Source: Malacoraja senta (taxonomy: Eukaryota). Taken from it: a stretch of 64,000 nucleotides of DNA. The position numbers and the translations under genes were made by a program. The DNA is taken from NCBI GenBank assembly GCA_038087875.1, contig CM075991.1:13952001-14016000 (forward strand), read 5' to 3'. The number at the start of each line of letters is the position of its first letter. Positions within the stretch are counted from its first letter, which is position 1. Under the pieces are notes generated by a model. It worked only from the letters and a program-made list of their open reading frames with translations, did not search any database and was not told the DNA's origin. Below, piece after piece: positions 63,652 through 64,000 of this stretch.

Positions 63652-64000
63652 TGGTGCCAAGTAGGCCCCTATCGGTCATGACTGACCATGGGTAATTCAT
63701 CCTAGTTTGTCGGATGCAAGCCTGGGCGATGTCATATGGAGGACAGGCTGTTGCCCCACGCAGCACGTCCCCCCTCTCCACGTCGCTGATCGATCCAAAG
63801 GAACAGCAGGGCCGTTACAGTTTGGCACCAGCGCCGTCGCAGGAGCTGCCACAGCGAGGTTGTAGACAACGACGAACTGCCTTAGGGGCTCCGACTCCGG
63901 ATTTTCTTGAGGTTTACTCCTGGAGCCTTTTCCATGACTGGATATGGCCACAAGGCAGTGGAGGTTTTAAATCAGTTTTCCCTCTCCTAGACGGACTGCC
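63652..64000 (-). mobile_element. RTE-derived non-coding element (runs off the window edge)
   Basis: Minus strand ggcagtccgtctaggagagggaaaactgatttaaaacctcc resembles the recalled RTE 5' UTR motif. CpG-rich, no ORF. Confidence 0.55.

Overview
Repeat-dense vertebrate genomic DNA, very likely a cartilaginous fish (skate/ray-like), judged from abundant HE1-type V-SINEs with CR1-shared (AAACT)n tails, CR1, Rex1/Babar, Penelope-like and RTE remnants. The only host gene I recognise is TACC1 on the minus strand: coding exon 1 (20008-20180, MAFSPWQILSPFQWARWTW...) joins coding exon 2 (17695-17798, SDSDTNFDTP...) in frame through a GC-AG intron; later exons must lie left of the window, and a candidate upstream exon sits at 60355-60534. 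Nearly all other ORFs are repeat or low-complexity artefacts. Most interesting: (1) a 174-nt TSD-flanked retroposon (29977-30150, minus) whose first 52 nt fold into a complete minimal HDV-like ribozyme with a CPEB3-like core, with a truncated second copy at 24447-24596; (2) many Penelope-derived minimal hammerhead motifs, often at the pivot of fold-back insertions; (3) GC-rich non-coding retroposons that share a structured head but carry different LINE tails; (4) Harbinger-like MITEs hitting the same SINE site independently. Repeat boundaries are read by eye and approximate unless stated. Family names come from recalled consensus motifs, not from a database search.
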